Shown one piece after another: positions 1 to 15,900 of a stretch of DNA of 64,000 nucleotides. Source of the stretch: the human T2T-CHM13v2.0 reference genome, Homo sapiens. The stretch lies in NCBI RefSeq assembly GCF_009914755.1, contig NC_060939.1; one strand, written 5' to 3'. The notes beneath the pieces are model-generated. The model worked only from the letters and a program-made list of their open reading frames with translations. It was not told the origin of the DNA and did no database searches. Positions within the stretch are counted from its first letter, which is position 1, and each line of letters opens with the position of its first letter. The position numbers were made by a program, and so were the translations under genes.

Positions 1-445
1 GCCACAGGAATCTAATAGAGGCAGGAGAGAATGCTGGAGAAGTCAGTGGGGATGGAGAGAAGTTGGGGGTGGTGGATATAGAAGAGGAAAATGGGCAAGG
101 CTGGGGTGGACTGCAGGTGGGATAAGAGAGGGAGGGACAGCCAGGCATCTGGTGGCCTCATAACATCAGAAGGGCCCTATGCTACTGGGGCACCAGCAGG
201 GCCCTCTGCAGGCTGTAAGCAGCATGAGCCTCTGAAAGGTTTTAACAGGGCTGTGCCATGGTCAGAGATGTGTTTTAGAAAGAGCAGACTGGGGTCTGGG
301 GCGCTGGATGGACGAACTAAAGGCACCTGGAGTCAGGGAGACCCACAGGAGGTCATGGCTGGGATCCAGGTGAGAGATGAGTCTGGCAGAAAACAGCCAC
401 AAGCAGGATTGCAGGCAGGGCAGATTCTAGGGAGGTTTAGGAGGC

Positions 446-655
446 TGTCTTAGTCCCTTTTGTGCTGCTATAATGGAATACCACAGACTGGGTAACTTAT
501 TTCTTACAGTTCTAAAGGCTGTGAATTCAAGGTTGAGGGACCAAATCTCATGAGGGCCTTTGTGCTGTGTCATCCCATGGAGGAAGGCAGAAGGGCAAGA
601 AAGGGGATATGAGAGAGAGAGAGAGAGAAAGAGATCATGAGAAAGAGAAAGGGCA

Positions 656-687
<32 letters not shown>

Positions 688-845
688 CATAAGAAAAAAA
701 GAGAGAAAGAATGCAAAGGCCAAACTGGATTTTCTAACAATCCGCTCCATGACCTAATCACCTCTTACTGCCCCCCCCCCCTTAATACTGTCACAATGGC
801 AATTAAATCTCAACATGGGTTTTGGAGGGGACATCCAATCCATGG
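446..845. mobile_element. MaLR LTR (MST/MLT1-type) with internal (GA)n expansion
   Basis: TGTCTTAGTC...CCACAGACTGGGTAA...CAACATG motifs; GA tract at 610-705. Confidence 0.65.
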
Positions 846-1481
846 CAGAGGCAAAGGTGCCATTTCCGGGTGGAGGAGAGGGGAGATGTACAGAAGCGGC
901 TGCAGGGGCGCCACCAGCAGAGCCTGTGTGGGCCCCGGCTCAGGGATGGGACTCGCCTGGGCCTGATCCTGAGCCCTCTGAAAGGGCGGGGGAGCTTCCG
1001 TGCATTGTAAGGACCCCTCTCCAGCCCCCTCAGCTGTGCCAGCCGGGCTGCATCTGGGAGAGGACACACAGGGGATCCTGGTGGTCTCGTCCCTGGGAGC
1101 AGGCAAAAGCACATTTTTTGTCCTGTTGGGATTGGGATAATTGGGGCATTAACGGAAATGCATTTCTCACCTATTTTCTGTCTGATTGAAAACTTTGCAG
1201 TCATTTAGAGCTCTCACACCTCCTCTAATCAGAGCTCACTTCGCTCAGAGGCAGAAAACTGGGTCACATGTGGACTCCAAAGCCTCCCAGGATGCGACAA
1301 GCCAAAAGTGCAGCATCCCCCACCTCCTCTGCTCCCTGCCACCCCAGGACAGAACCACCCTACCCCAGCCCCTCAGTGAGCACACACTCTGTAGCGGGCT
1401 GAACTTGGAGTACCGACAGGATACCCTTTATTTTTCTCCCATCACTGCCTCCAATCAGCTTCCTCACATCTCCCTTTCTAG

Positions 1482-1673
<192 letters not shown>

Positions 1674-4600
1674 TAATTCCAAGAATAAATCCCATTTGAT
1701 AGTTATGACTCTTCTTCAGAGACCTAAAAGTCCAGTCAAGTCTATAATAAAACCTCAATCTCACAACCCACGTGCAGCTTCCCCTCCTCATCTTCAGGCT
1801 TTTCCAGGTCTGGGATCGCAGAAGATGGAACTCGGGGAGAGTCAGGTTGTTTTGCTCAGCAGGTGCTATATGTGAGGCTCTCTTGGCCAACCCTGGCAGT
1901 TACACCTCCTTTACTCCGGGGGGATTCTTTCATGGGCCCTAGAGTGAGCTCTCTGGAGACTTGCCCCACCCATCCATCCATGCAGAGACCTCTGCCCCAG
2001 GCCTTTCTGAGGGGGATATGGAGTTGTACTGCCCAGACCTCCTCATGGAAGCACCTATCGCCCAGCTACTGGGAGCACTGTCAGCACCAGGGACAGCCCA
2101 GGCCACACCCTTCCAATGGCATGACCACCAACAGGGGGCATCCCTGACAGGCAGTTTCAGCTCCAACTGAACCCCCCAGGGGCCTGCAGCACAACTCACC
2201 TTCTTCCTCCGCCTGATCCCGCTTCCTCCTCTTCCTCCCACAGGCATTGATCCTGGGGTACTCCCCTAATCTCCAACACAGAGCTGTCTCCAGGTCGCCT
2301 CCAAACACAGCCCCTTCCCTGACAAGCCTGAGCACTCTGCGCTGCCTCTCCTCACCTGCCTCAGCTCCTGCCCTGTGGCCCACCCCATCCAGCCTCCTAC
2401 TGGGGGGACCCCTGAGCCCCATTAGGTGAGAGGGGTACCAGCAATGTTGGCTCAAGCCCAGCTCCCTTCACAGTGCCCACTGAGCCGCAGGAGCCTTGGG
2501 GGCCACCAGTTGCTAGCAGCATAACTTACCCAGCCATTGCCGCTCTCTCTTTGCCCTACCATACAGGCTGCTCCTCCAGCCTTCCACTTCCAGGCTTCTC
2601 CTGGAAGAAGCATGCTCCATTATCTACCTGCATGGTGATGCCCCAACCAAGTCACATGAGGCACCATCAGTGCTTTGCTCCCAAGAACTCTCTTGTTAAA
2701 GTCTGCTTTAGAGGTGGCACGGAGTAGGCTCACAGGTTTTCTGCAGCTCAGCAAGCCTTCAGCCAGATCATGAGACATCACCCTGCACCTGTGATAGGCT
2801 CCACACTCTACAAGCCAGCTGCCCTTCGCTTGACTTCCAAGCAGGGGAAAGCAGCTGTGGCTGTATATGATGTCTCACGAGTTGTGCCTGCACAAGAATT
2901 GGAAGAAGAGTGGCAGAGACCAGCCTCATGCCCCACCCCCACCCCCTGCCCTTGGTCATCTTGGGTTTTTTTACTTTTTAGTAAAGCATTTGCTTACTCC
3001 CCACTCTTTTGTTGGGGAGATGGTGGATTTTTCCATAGCAGCTTTGTGGGTGTTGAGAGGTGGCTGTGACAGTGGCCATGAGAGCCCCTCCATTGGGGTC
3101 AAGAAGCTGAAGGTCGCCCGCCCCCACAATCCCCCCGGAAGCCCTGTCTTCCTGATGGGGACCAAGGTAGCAGCAACCTAGGGCATCTGCAGGGACACTC
3201 TGGACCCTTCCAAGGATATGTAAACACCTAATATCCAGTAACAAATCCTTTTCCACCTAAAATAGCCAGAGTGGTTTCTGTTTCCTGCAACCAAGAGTCT
3301 GACTGGTGCAATACACCTTTTCAAAGTCTCTTACTTGGCCTGGAATGGGTGGCCACTGTTGGATTCATTTTGCTGTCCTTTATTAAGTCCTGTCTGGAGG
3401 TGACTAGCCCTTCTCTTACCAGCCCTTCTCATCCTCGGCTGTTCACATGCATTCCTAGGGACCCTTGTGAAAATGCAGGTGCTGATTCAGTAGACCCTGG
3501 GTGCGGCCTGAAAGTCTGCACCTCTAGCAAGTTCCAGGAAAGGCCTTTGCAGTAACCCTACCCTGGACCTGCCGAAAAGCACAGCATTAGACTGTGGACC
3601 CTGTCTCAGCCTCCAGGAGCTCACAGTGAGTTGGCTCCCTAACTGCACGCAGAGCTGGCTGGGCAGCGAGAACACGGGCCACCTGCCTTCTCTGCACCTT
3701 GTGACTGAAGGAGAAGTCCAGCCTCCCAGGCACAGGGCAGCAGTGCTTCCTGGGTGGGCTTGTGATTTCTCGAAGGACCAGCACCTCAGGAGCACCGAGG
3801 AGCATGGCAGTCACTGTGCTGGGGGCAGAGATGGGCAGGGACCAGGGAAGGAAGTCCTCTGAGGGTGGCAGCTGCTGGGCTAGGCCTTCTGTGGCAACAA
3901 GTGGGCGGAAGGCATGGCATGAATGATGCGCAGAAGGCCAAGAAACGCATTGGCTGTGTTCCAGGAGCCAGGAAACAGCCCTCCTGAGTGATCCGGGCAG
4001 GATGGGGCGGAGTCAGTGCAGGTGCGGGCTGAGGGGAAGGACTGGAAACAGGGCTGAGGCCAGGCAGTGAAGGGCCTGCAGAGGAGGCTGGGGCGTGCCT
4101 AAGGGTCCCGAGCAGGGCTGTGATCAGAGGCATGGCAACACTTGGAGAATGGAGAGTGGACAGCAGTGAGGAGATGGTGGCCTGCAGAGAGTGGCCTGAG
4201 GGACAGAGGCACAGAATAAAAGGGCTCTGAGTTCATGTGTCCTCCCACCAGCCTAGCAATGGCAGCCAGGACTCATGGGCCTTATTAACTATATTTTATA
4301 AACTGATCCATTCACTCAGCCAGCTTTTGTGTTTTTTCAAAAGTTAGGGCACTAAATATGACAACAGAAAAGAATATGTTATCCATCCATTTAGATTATA
4401 CCATAAACTTGTGCCTTTGCAGGGCACATTGAAAATATCCAGCGTGGCACTCAATATATGTGTTGAATGTGTCAAATGAATGAGTGAATTTATAAAACTA
4501 GAGCAAGTTGCCATGGGTGGGGGTCTTCCGGGTTGCCCTGGTCATAGGCTGTGGGGCTGGCTGGCAGCCTGTTCCTGTGGGACCACCCTCTCTACTCCAA

Positions 4601-4762
4601 CACACCCAGCCCAGGTTTAGCAGAGTGGTCACTGATCACTAGAAATATATAGATCTTCTTACTGAATGTCTAATAAACAGCTCAACCCAACATGGCTAAA
4701 TTGCAACTCTTGGTTTTCATCCCATCCCCAGAAAATCCTTCCTCTAACCCAGTCTGACCTAA

Positions 4763-5327
<565 letters not shown>

Positions 5328-6850
5328 TAGAATGTAACTCTATGAAGGCAGGATTTGTGGCTTTGTTGTAGCTGGAGCCTAGGAAAGTGCTGGGTAGGTG
5401 CTAAATGTGTGTTGATGGCCTCACTGAACAGGAGAGCCTATGGCGGTGGCTGGAGTGGGGGCCTCACCTCTAACCATGTCAGCTGCCCAGAGCTGTCCTG
5501 ACCTGCCCCACAATGCAGAGGAGCAAAAGCCCAGCTCCAGATTCAGCCGTGTTCCAGAAAACGGCATGGCAACACTGGCATGCATTACAAAATGTGACTT
5601 TTAAGATGGTTTTCTAGACTGTTTCTGGAGAAACATCCCAAAACAGTAAGTGAACTCTGGATTAACAACAAGATGAATGACTAAAATGATACATGGGGTG
5701 GATTCTACAGTGTTATCTAGAACCCAAAACATTAACCGGGGTCTGATTGTGAAAGGACCATAGTTATATCTCCAAAATGTGACAAAATAATTTAGAAAAG
5801 TAGAGATATTTTTTCTTTTCAAAACATAGGTGCTTTAATAAACATGCATTGAATAAATTGCTTATATAACATAAAAAAAAAGATAATATGTCCCACATGT
5901 CATTCTGAGACACACTAGAATGGTTCCAGAAGCAGTATTCTGAAAAGGGGTCACTAAGAAATCCCGGCATTTCATCCACCTCAGGGTGTTACCATATATT
6001 CCTCTGGCTCCAAATTACTCAAATATTTACTTTATGGTTGTATTATTTTGAATGTATTGTTGAGAGCAGCATCTAATTCTTTGTGAAATGAGGCAGGAAA
6101 CAGAAGGCAGACATAACAAATGAAATCAGCAGACTCAAATCACGGGGGATGTAGAAAACACGGAAGAAGGAGAATTTAGAGGAGGGGAGGAGAGAGATCA
6201 CTGACTTCAGGTGCCAGCTACAGGCCCATTGTCCTGGTTTACATCTTCCTTTCTAGAAGGGAGGTTACAGGGGGTTCTCTGATAACTTATAAAATCTTTC
6301 GCTCTCCCAGCTCTTCAGATTAGGAGACACTTGCTGGGTGAACCGCCTGGCCATCGAGAGGTGGGAGATTCCATGGCCTTAGTAATGGTTGTGTCGCATC
6401 CCGCTGCCGTGGGGATGGAGATTAGCAAGCCCCAAGCATCCAGGACTCAGAGTTGCGGGAAGGGCCAGGCAGAAGGGCCCGCCGTGCGTCTCCTCCACCC
6501 AGTGGTCCCTGAGGTTGCTGGGTACACTTAATCCCACTGTCACCACGCACTCACCACAGGGGCACACAGGCAGCTCTCCCCTGCAAACAGCAGCTGGTCA
6601 GGGCTGGGCTCCACGGCTGCCCATCTGCCGCCCCCTCTCCTAGATGCGAGGATGTCTCTAAGACAGGCCTTATCCCTCGGAGCATCTCATTCAGTTCCTT
6701 CTGGTTTGGATCTGTGGCTCAGATGGGGATTTTCCCTCCTTCCCACATGGCTGGCCACCTGCATGCAGTGTGAGTTCCAGATAAACCGTCTGTCCTTCCC
6801 TACCCCATACCCTTCCCCAGTGCCTCATGTAGCAGGGTAAAGATGACTGA

Positions 6851-7182
<332 letters not shown>

Positions 7183-7189
7183 TGAAGTC

Positions 7190-7375
7190 TAAGTTTGAAT
7201 TCTGGCTCCAGCTTTGTGACTTTCAGAAGATTACTTACTTTCTCTGTGCCTGAATTCCTTATCTGTAAGATGAAGACAGTAACAATAGGCATTTCAGAGA
7301 GTTGAGTGGATCATAATTGACACACACAAAGAATTTTAGCACAGTGTCTGGTTCAAGTGCCCAAGAAGTGCTCAC
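7190..7375. mobile_element. MIR fragment
   Basis: Degenerate MIR core (TTACTTACTTTCTCTGTGCCT...TCTGTAAGATG). Confidence 0.6.
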
Positions 7376-8629
7376 TGTTTTTAGCTCCCCTGCACTCCCC
7401 CTGGATGGGGCTTATAGATGCCTGCTTTAACTCAGGGCCTTCAGCTCCTCTGTTTGCACTCTAAGGAGGCCCAAAGGAATAGCTTTAGAACCCTCTTCAG
7501 AAAGTGTCCTGAAAACTATGAACGGACCTTAAGGATCTAGCGGCAAGACTATAAAATGAAAGGCCTGCACGCTAACTGTGACCCTGTCAGTGACTCCCTT
7601 GTCCTTGTTCTCTTACTGGTTTCCCAGTCTATGCAGTGGGAATCCTTTTGCCTAACCCTCATCACTCCAGCAGTAGAATAATTTTTTATGCTGTTTCCAG
7701 ATGTGATCTGGAAAACTCAACCTTGGTACTAAAATACTAGTATCTGGGGGCTGCTGCCCTACAAAGGGAGCTCCCCCAGGATATCTGTGTTGCACAGCTG
7801 GCTCCAGAAGTCTGGCACAGGTGGGCTGATTGGCAGAGCCTCAGCAGCAATGCCCCTGTGAGGGAGGCTGGCCTTTGCTTCCAGTTAGAACTCAGAAAGT
7901 GTAGGACCACACAAACCCAGAAAGAGGTTCAAATGCTATGGGAACCAATCAAATGACAACGTCACTCAAAGGGTCTGAAAAATAGAACCATGGGGGTGAG
8001 CCCACTGAAGTCACTGTATGGGTGAACCAAGGCCCTGGACTGGAAACTGCTGGGAGCCTGTGAATTAGGTGGCCTCGGAGACCTTGCAAGCACTACTTCA
8101 GTGTGAGGTTGCAGTGTAAGTCTGCCTGCAGTTCTGTGCTACCTGCAGCACTGAGTGGCCACAGCCCAGCCACTCTTTTGTATTTTCTGAGGAAGGTGTG
8201 GAGAGAACACAGCCCTCCACCGTCTTCCTCTGCACTTCCACCCCCAAGCCAGAATCCTGTTGTCCTGTGGCTCACACAATATAAAAAACACACACCTAGA
8301 AGGTGTCTGCAGGCTGAGACAGGCCGATGTTGCCAGCACAGCAGGAGAATTGAGAGGTGGTAGCTTCCTATTTTCACTTCATCAATAAGCAGCAGCTGGA
8401 ATGGAAGCCAGACCAAAGGCTGTCATCTCCTATAGTCTCTCCAGAAATGGAAAAAGCTAGTACTTTCTCACCATGGGTAGAATGACTTGAAAATGCCAAA
8501 TTAACCCTTCAAACATGCACTTGTGCCCAGCCTGACTGAAGGAGAGGCTCTCTGGAGAGGGCAGCCTAGCCTGGCACTTGACAAGTGCTTTCTGTTGTGG
8601 ATGGCTCACTACATATTAGACCCTGGCCA

Positions 8630-9380
8630 GACATGAAGTCTCTCATTTCATCCTCAAAACCACACTCAGCAGTCAGTATTATTATGCCTGTTTACAGATG
8701 AAGAAACTGAGGCTGAGACAATACAGCAGGGTCAGAGAGCTGAGGAAGCATGGAGTCAGAATTCTAGAGACCAAATCTTAGGCAACTCACCAGCCTCCCT
8801 CCCTTGGTGAGTGTGATGAATTCTGTCCCTCCGGCACTCTCCCTCTCTCGCTCCTACTCCCCTCCCCTCTGCTTCATCTGGGCATTGGGTCACAGAACTC
8901 CTCTGCCTCAGGTTTGCAGGGGTCCTCGCCTCCTTCACTATCCAACCTGGCCCCAAAGACAGCATGTGCTCATGACAACAGCTCAGGCTTCAGAATCAGA
9001 CTCGATTCAAATCCTGATTTTACATCCACCATGTGTGTTATTTAGGGCAAGTCTCTGAGCCTCAATGTTCTCATCTGAAAACAGGAATATTATTGTCTCC
9101 TTCACAGAGCTGTCGTTTAGATTGACGGAAATGTCTGACGACTCCCTAGGACAGGTGCCCAGAGAGGGCAGCAATGCAGGCACGTGACAGTTCTCAACAG
9201 AAGCTTCGGAAGCAGAGACCACGCAAGCTCAAATCCTAACTCTTCCACTCAGTAACTGAGGGCTGGTAACTGAGCGGTCCGGAAACACCTCTTGATTTAC
9301 TTCATGGGGTTGCTGTGAGGATTTCAGCAGTTAATACAGTGAGAACACCATGCTTGGCACACAGTTACTGCTCAAAACAC
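8630..9380. mobile_element. Cluster of MIR fragments
   Basis: ACAGATGAAGAAACTGAGGCT and GAGCCTCAATGTTCTCATCTG MIR-core motifs. Confidence 0.6.
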
Positions 9381-10199
9381 TCCCCTGGGTGACTCGGTGG
9401 CTCTCATGATACCAGTTGCATGCTCTGCCTCTGGCTCCTCAAGCTTGATCTCCAGTCTCAAGGTCTGGCTCTCCAGGTTCATTACCTGCCTCTCCCATGC
9501 ATGTTCCCACTGGCTATCTTCTCATGAGCACCACAAACCGTGTCCGGCATCTCTCCTTCCCAACTGGCCTCTTCGTGGCTCCCCAGTCTTGGCTGGGCAC
9601 CATCTTCCCCCACCTGCTGACTCATCCCTGACTTTGTCCTTCCCTTGGTCGCCCGTGTACAACTGCTCACTCTCTATATCATGCCCATCCATCGCATCCT
9701 CCCCATCCCTTGACCACTGCCAACCCACCAGCACTCCTGACCATCCACCCTGGGGCACAGGGCACTGAGGCCTGGTCAGGTGTAGAGGGGACGGTACCCT
9801 AGGCTGGGACAGGCCACGTGCGATAGTGCCCAGCACACTGAGAGCTCCGTCTGAGAGGCAGCAGCTTGGACGGAAGCTGAGATCTCTGCCAGCCAGGTTG
9901 TCCAACAATAGCTGTCCCTGATTGAGCACTGACTGTGCCAGCACTGTGCCAAGCCTCCGCTGATATTATCAAGTCCAGCTGCCAGTTATAAGAAGCTAGT
10001 GAGGGTGGGAGAAGCAGGAACAAAGTGGGCAGAGGAAGCAGTAAGAACGCAGGCTGAATGCAAACAGCAGAGGCCGAACTTAGGGCAGTTTCTGCACCTC
10101 TGAAAGTCTGTTCCTCCCTTTCATCAGGTCTCCCTTGCCTACAGGGTGGGAGGGAGGAGTTCAGGAGTCTCCTACGCATAGATGATTTACTTCCTATGT

Positions 10200-10840
10200 G
10201 ACTGTAAAGGCCTCTTTTCTAGACCTCCCTGCTTCCTGCATCAAATCCATTCTGTAGCCAGGGTAATCTGAAAACACAAATCTGACAAATGGCTTCACCA
10301 ATTAAACTCTTCAAGGACTCTCTAAACGCAAAAGCTCAGAAGGCTGACAAGGCTCTTCACGATCTGCTCCCCACTGCCTCCCTGGCCACCCCAATGGGGG
10401 CACTTAGCTTTAAGCAAGGTTTTGTTTGCTGGTCCCCAAGCATGCCAAACTCTGTCGTGCCTCCATGCGTCTGTACCTCACTGCCTCTGGCTGGAACACC
10501 CTTCTCTTCCCATTCCTCCACCTCTCCCCTGTTGTCATCAGGCTAACTCCTCTCATCCTTCAGAATTTTCACCTCAGGTGATATCTTTGCCAGAAGCCTT
10601 CCTCAACCCCCCAGTCTAGGTCAGATACCCAAGGTCTCTGTGCTCCCCCAAACCTTGTGCAACTGTCACCTAATTTCAGTGAATCCCCCCAGCCCATTTA
10701 CTTGTCTGTCTCTGAACCTGGTCCATAAGCTCAGGGAGTCCAAAGACCACACTGTATTGATCTTTTTAGCCTAGTGCCTAGCTCAGGGCCAGATACTCAA
10801 AAGAAACTCAATAAATGTTTGTGGAATGAATGAATAAATA
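10200..10840 (+). mobile_element. L2 3' fragment
   Basis: Ends with CTCAATAAATGTTTGTGGAATGAATGAA, the typical L2 terminus. Confidence 0.6.
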
Positions 10841-12120
10841 CGAGGTGGCCCCTGCAGACACAGCCATGCTCACCATTGTGGCTAGAGAAGGACACAGGAA
10901 TCTCACACTCAAACAGGGTTGAAGGAGTGAGGAGGGGACTGTGTAAGCTGGAGAGCACACATGCTCAGTCTAAAGGGGGCCCCGATTATTGGCATGTGGG
11001 ACTGTTAGGCTTCCTGACAGCAACATGAAAAAGCAGGATATTCTTTAAAACTTCAAAACTGCAAACATACCAAATAAAGCATGTCAGTGTGCAGCACCTC
11101 ATCTCAAGGCCTCCAGTTTGCAACCTCTGCAGAAGCACTTGGGAGGAACCAGCCTGGTCTGAAGTCTAGTCTCTGAGCAGCCATCTCTCAAACCTGGTGA
11201 GGAAGGCAAGTTCAGACTCACAGTGGTGGCTGCTTTGGATATCTGCCATCACACTCTCTCTTTCCAAGGGCCCTAGTTAGCCAGTTAGCCAGTCACCTAG
11301 GATGAGGCTGAAGCTCCCCTTGCTCCTCTTGCACAAGGTGGTGTGGTGTCAGGGCCTCCGATACCCCCCCTCCCTAGTCCATCCTGAAAGGCAGGCCTCC
11401 CAACTGGGGCTGAGGTCATTCCCTCTTCCTCAAAGTCTCTCAGCTGTACCTTAAAATCCCAGTGGACTTTTCCAGGCCATGTTGCTCTGTCTGTGTTATA
11501 GCTGGTCACATTCTGTCTGCTCTAATCATGAACCTGAAGGAGAGGAGTGGTGGAGCTCCTGAACCGCTAGTAGGCAGTTCAAGGATCAAGAGGTTCAGTA
11601 CCACAGCTGGCAGGAATAACAAGTTCAGACCACCCTCTTCTGAAGAATTAGCCCCAGACCCAAGGACACCCCTGCCTCCACCCCAGGCTATGACAGCAGG
11701 TGAACTGGCCACCCCCTCGTCTGGAGAGAAAGGGCCCTAGAGCAATCATGTGAGTACTTCATGTTGCTAGGGAGCAACAGGCAGCAGCTGGCTGAGAAAT
11801 AAGTCGTGTCCTTGGGAAAGCATGTTCCTGGCCACTAATTAAATGCTGCTGCACCATCTCCTCCTTCAGGGAGCTATAGAAATGTGCTGAATTAATGCAG
11901 ATGGGAGCAGCTGGTTCACAAGCCTGCTAAGCCTCCTCCTGTCTCTGCGCAAAGGAAAGGCTCAGGGGGCAGGAATGAAATTGCTAAACCCCTGGGAGGC
12001 TGGTAAAGAAAATCTGGCCTCAGACTACTCAGTTCAACTAGCCCACAGAGTGTCTACCTAATACCACCTCTACTGCTGCAGGTGAATTCATCTGTTAAAT
12101 ACTTTTAAGAAAATCTCATT

Positions 12121-12660
12121 AAATGCCACTTCTGGGTATATGCCCAAAATAATTGAAAGCAGGCTCTCCAAGAGATAGTTACACATCTATTGTTCATCAC
12201 AGCACTATTCACAAGAGCCAAGAGGTGGAAGCAACCCAAGTGTCTATTGATGGGTGAATGGATAAACAAAAGGTGGTATCTACCCACAATGGAGTATTAT
12301 TCAGCCTTAAAAAGGAAGGAAATTCTGACACACGCTACAACATGCATGAACTTTGAAGACATGATGCTAAGTGAAATAAGCCAGTCACAAAAGGACAGAT
12401 ACTAGTGTTCCACTTATATGATTACTAGAGTAATCAAATTCATAGAGACAGAAAGTAGAATGGCGGCTGCCAGGGTCTGTGGGGAGGGAGAACAGGGAGT
12501 TGTTGTTTAATGCGTATGGAGTTTCAGCTTCGCAAGATGAAAGTTCTGGAGACTGGTTGCATAACCACCTGAATGTACTTAGCACTACTGAACTCGCAGT
12601 GGTATTACACTTGGAAATAGTTACAATGATAAATTTTATGTTTTTTTACTGCAATGAAAA
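12121..12660 (+). mobile_element. L1MB-type 3' fragment
   Basis: ORF2 C-terminal peptide (MFITALFTRAKRWKQPKC...) followed by 3' UTR. Confidence 0.8.
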
Positions 12661-12859
12661 AGATTTTCTTAATTCATGTTCACAGTGAAAAAAAATTACA
12701 AAGATAAAGGGAAATGTCTATCTTCCCTCACTTCCATGCCCACTTCCCAGAGAAAACCATTAATAGTCTTCTGCATCCTTTCAAAAGCATTCTATGACTC
12801 TACAAGCATGTATGTATTTATATGCAGACTGACTTTAAGTTCAGCACGGTTTAGTTTTT

Positions 12860-13530
12860 TCTTTACACGAAAAATAGCATCATGCTAAACACAGTTCAAC
12901 TAATGTCTCAGAGAGCTTTCCAAATCAGTATGTACAAATTTGCCTCATTACTTCTAACAGCTCTATCAGATCCCATTGTATGGCTGTCTGACGATGTATG
13001 TAGTCTGTTTTCTACCGATGCACATTTAACAGTTCCCACTTTTTCATAAAAAGTTGCAATGAACATATGTCTTGTTCACATACACAAATGTTTTGCCCTG
13101 ACACATTTATCATTTTTTTCTTCTGATACCTTTGGTATTGACACATAGAGTTAGAATTTAACTGGGTTAAAAGTTATATGCATTTTTTAACATATTGCTT
13201 TTTTGTCTTTCAAGAAATCTGAACCAACTTACTCTCCCACCAACAGTGGGTGAGCACCCTACATCCTTGTCAATACTAGGTCATCAAACATCTTTAACCC
13301 TTGCTAATCTGATGGGTGAAAAATAAATATTATAAACAATTGTCATGTGGTTGTTGACCATGTTTATTTATTTTTTTCTGGGAACACTCTGCTAATAACA
13401 TAGTCCATTTTTTCTTTTGTAGTGTTCATATTTTTATTAGATATTTATAGGATGTTTTGTAGTAAGGAAATCAATCCTTTGCTAAAGGTGTTGTCGTTTG
13501 ACTTTGTTTTGTTTTTGCTTTTTTGCCACG
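12860..13530 (-). mobile_element. Old L1M fragment
   Basis: Degenerate antisense L1 ORF2 end (ACTCTCCCACCAACAG...CATCCTTGTCAATACT). Confidence 0.55.
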
Positions 13531-13952
13531 CATAAATTTTCATTTGTGGGATTTTTATGGGACTTTTCCCCCCTAGAAGGGGCTTTCTCACTGCAAAATT
13601 ATAAACAGAAACCCAGAAGACAATGGCACCCCGGCTATCACAAGTCCATTTTGCATACTTGTTTTTCTCTGACCTTGGTCCCTGTTGCTTGCCTCTCCCT
13701 GAGTCCTTCCAGCATGAGAGACACAGAAATGTTCCTGCATCTGGCTCCAGATTTCTCCATTCTGCCTTTTTAGGAAACTCAATATTTTTCTAACATGTTT
13801 CTTAACCTTCTAAAATGTATCCCCTCATTTGATAACTAGGTAAACCTCATGTTCTTCTAAGATTTTGAGGGGATGTACCCCAGTTATGAATCACTGCCTT
13901 CTGCATAACCTCATCAGACAAGATTGCTTTTCAAACTCTCTGAGGTTTGTAA

Positions 13953-14328
<376 letters not shown>

Positions 14329-14514
14329 TATTTTTTTTTTTTTTTCCCGAAGTATATCCCTTTCAGGATTCTGACATGGCTACTATATCAATCTCATGCT
14401 GAACCTACCCTGAGGGTTGACAATCACTTTTCAGATAAACATTTTTAAAAAATTGTTTTAGCCAGAATGACATTTAAAAGAGAAGATCTGAAAGGAAAAC
14501 AAGCTAGAGTCCAT

Positions 14515-14700
14515 TTGTTTTTGTTGTTGTTGCTTTTTATTTCAGCAGCTTTTGGGGTAGCAGTGGTTTTGGTTACATGCATGAACTGTGGTGAAGGCTG
14601 AGATTTTAGTGCATCTATCACTGGAGTAGTATACACTGTACACAATATGTAGATTTTTATCCCTCACCTCCTCTAATCCTGCCCCTTCCAAGTCCATCAT
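14515..14700 (-). mobile_element. L1PB/MA-type 3' end fragment
   Basis: TTTTATTTCAGCAGCTTTTGGGGTA...GAGATTTTAGTGCA motif. Confidence 0.6.
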
Positions 14701-14770
14701 ATCACACTGAATGATAGAGGCAATTTATTTTGAGTAATACATCCCTCCTTAAGACAGATTTCAAACTTTG

Positions 14771-14842
14771 TAACCCCCAACAGAAACTTTTAAAGACTAG
14801 GGCAAATAACCCCCAACAGAAACTTTTAAAGACTAGGGCAAA
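14771..14842. repeat. Perfect 36-bp tandem duplication
   Basis: TAACCCCCAACAGAAACTTTTAAAGACTAGGGCAAA twice. Confidence 0.95.
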
Positions 14843-15588
14843 GAGACTGAATCTAAAGATTACCTTTCATTCACTTTTTCATTCCGGTTCAGAATATTCC
14901 CATTCCCCAACTTCTCCTTTCTTTCAGTAGAAATATGGCCCCTCTCTATTCTTTCAACAATTAATTAAAACTAAGAGACAGTCTGTCTCTCTTTTTTTTT
15001 AGTCTCTTCTTCTCACTCTGGGAAGTTAATGACTACACTTAGAAGAGAAACAGTACTTGGAGACCAGATCTGGGGTCCCAGGAAGCAGAACAGGCTGGGC
15101 CAGGAAGAGCAGCTCAAGGTGCAGCAGTGTGGGGAGCCTTCGAGCTCCACTTCTGCTCACTAGAGTTAATGTGTGCTACTGCCAGGCAGCAACTGCTGAC
15201 AACTCGCCTGGGGTGCTGCAAATGCTCCCTGCAGGAGGTGAAACTTCAGCATCAAAGAATTAATGAAACATTACATGGATAAGCAGTGAGCTTCCACAAA
15301 AAAGCCGCCCAACACTCAGCTTTCTTGTTAACTCCATACTCAAAGACTGGTTTCCTGGTTCCCTTACTGATGGTGGGACAGTTGAGAGAGAGGACAAGGC
15401 ACCTCTTTCTAAGAGAGAGAGAGATCGGCATTCAGAGACATTACCAGACTAGAAAGGCAAAGGTTAGAGCTGTGATTTACACATTCTTCTATTCCTAGTC
15501 CCTGGCCCTTAGCAGGTCCTCAATAAATGTATAACATATGAATAAACACACAAGTCAACTAACACACTAGTGTTAAGAAGGAGAAAGA

Positions 15589-15900
15589 GGCCAGGGTCAC
15601 ACCTGTAATCCCAGCACTTTGGGAGGCCAAGGCAGGTGGATCACTTGAGGCTAGGAGTTGGAGACCAGCCTGGCCAGCATGGCAAAACCCAGTATCTACT
15701 AAAAATATAAAAATTAGCTGGGAGTGGTGGCACATGCCTGTAATCCCAGCTACTTGGGAGACTGGGGCATGAGAATCGCTTAAGTCTGGGAGGCGGCGGT
15801 TGCAAGAGCTGAGATCTCACCACTACACTCCAGCCTGGGCAACAAACTGAGACTCTGTCTCAAAAAAATAAAAAATAAAATAAAATAAATTTAAAGAAAA
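15589..15900 (+). mobile_element. Alu (S-type)
   Basis: Alu dimer plus A-rich tail; direct repeat AGGAGAAAGAG on both sides. Confidence 0.9.
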
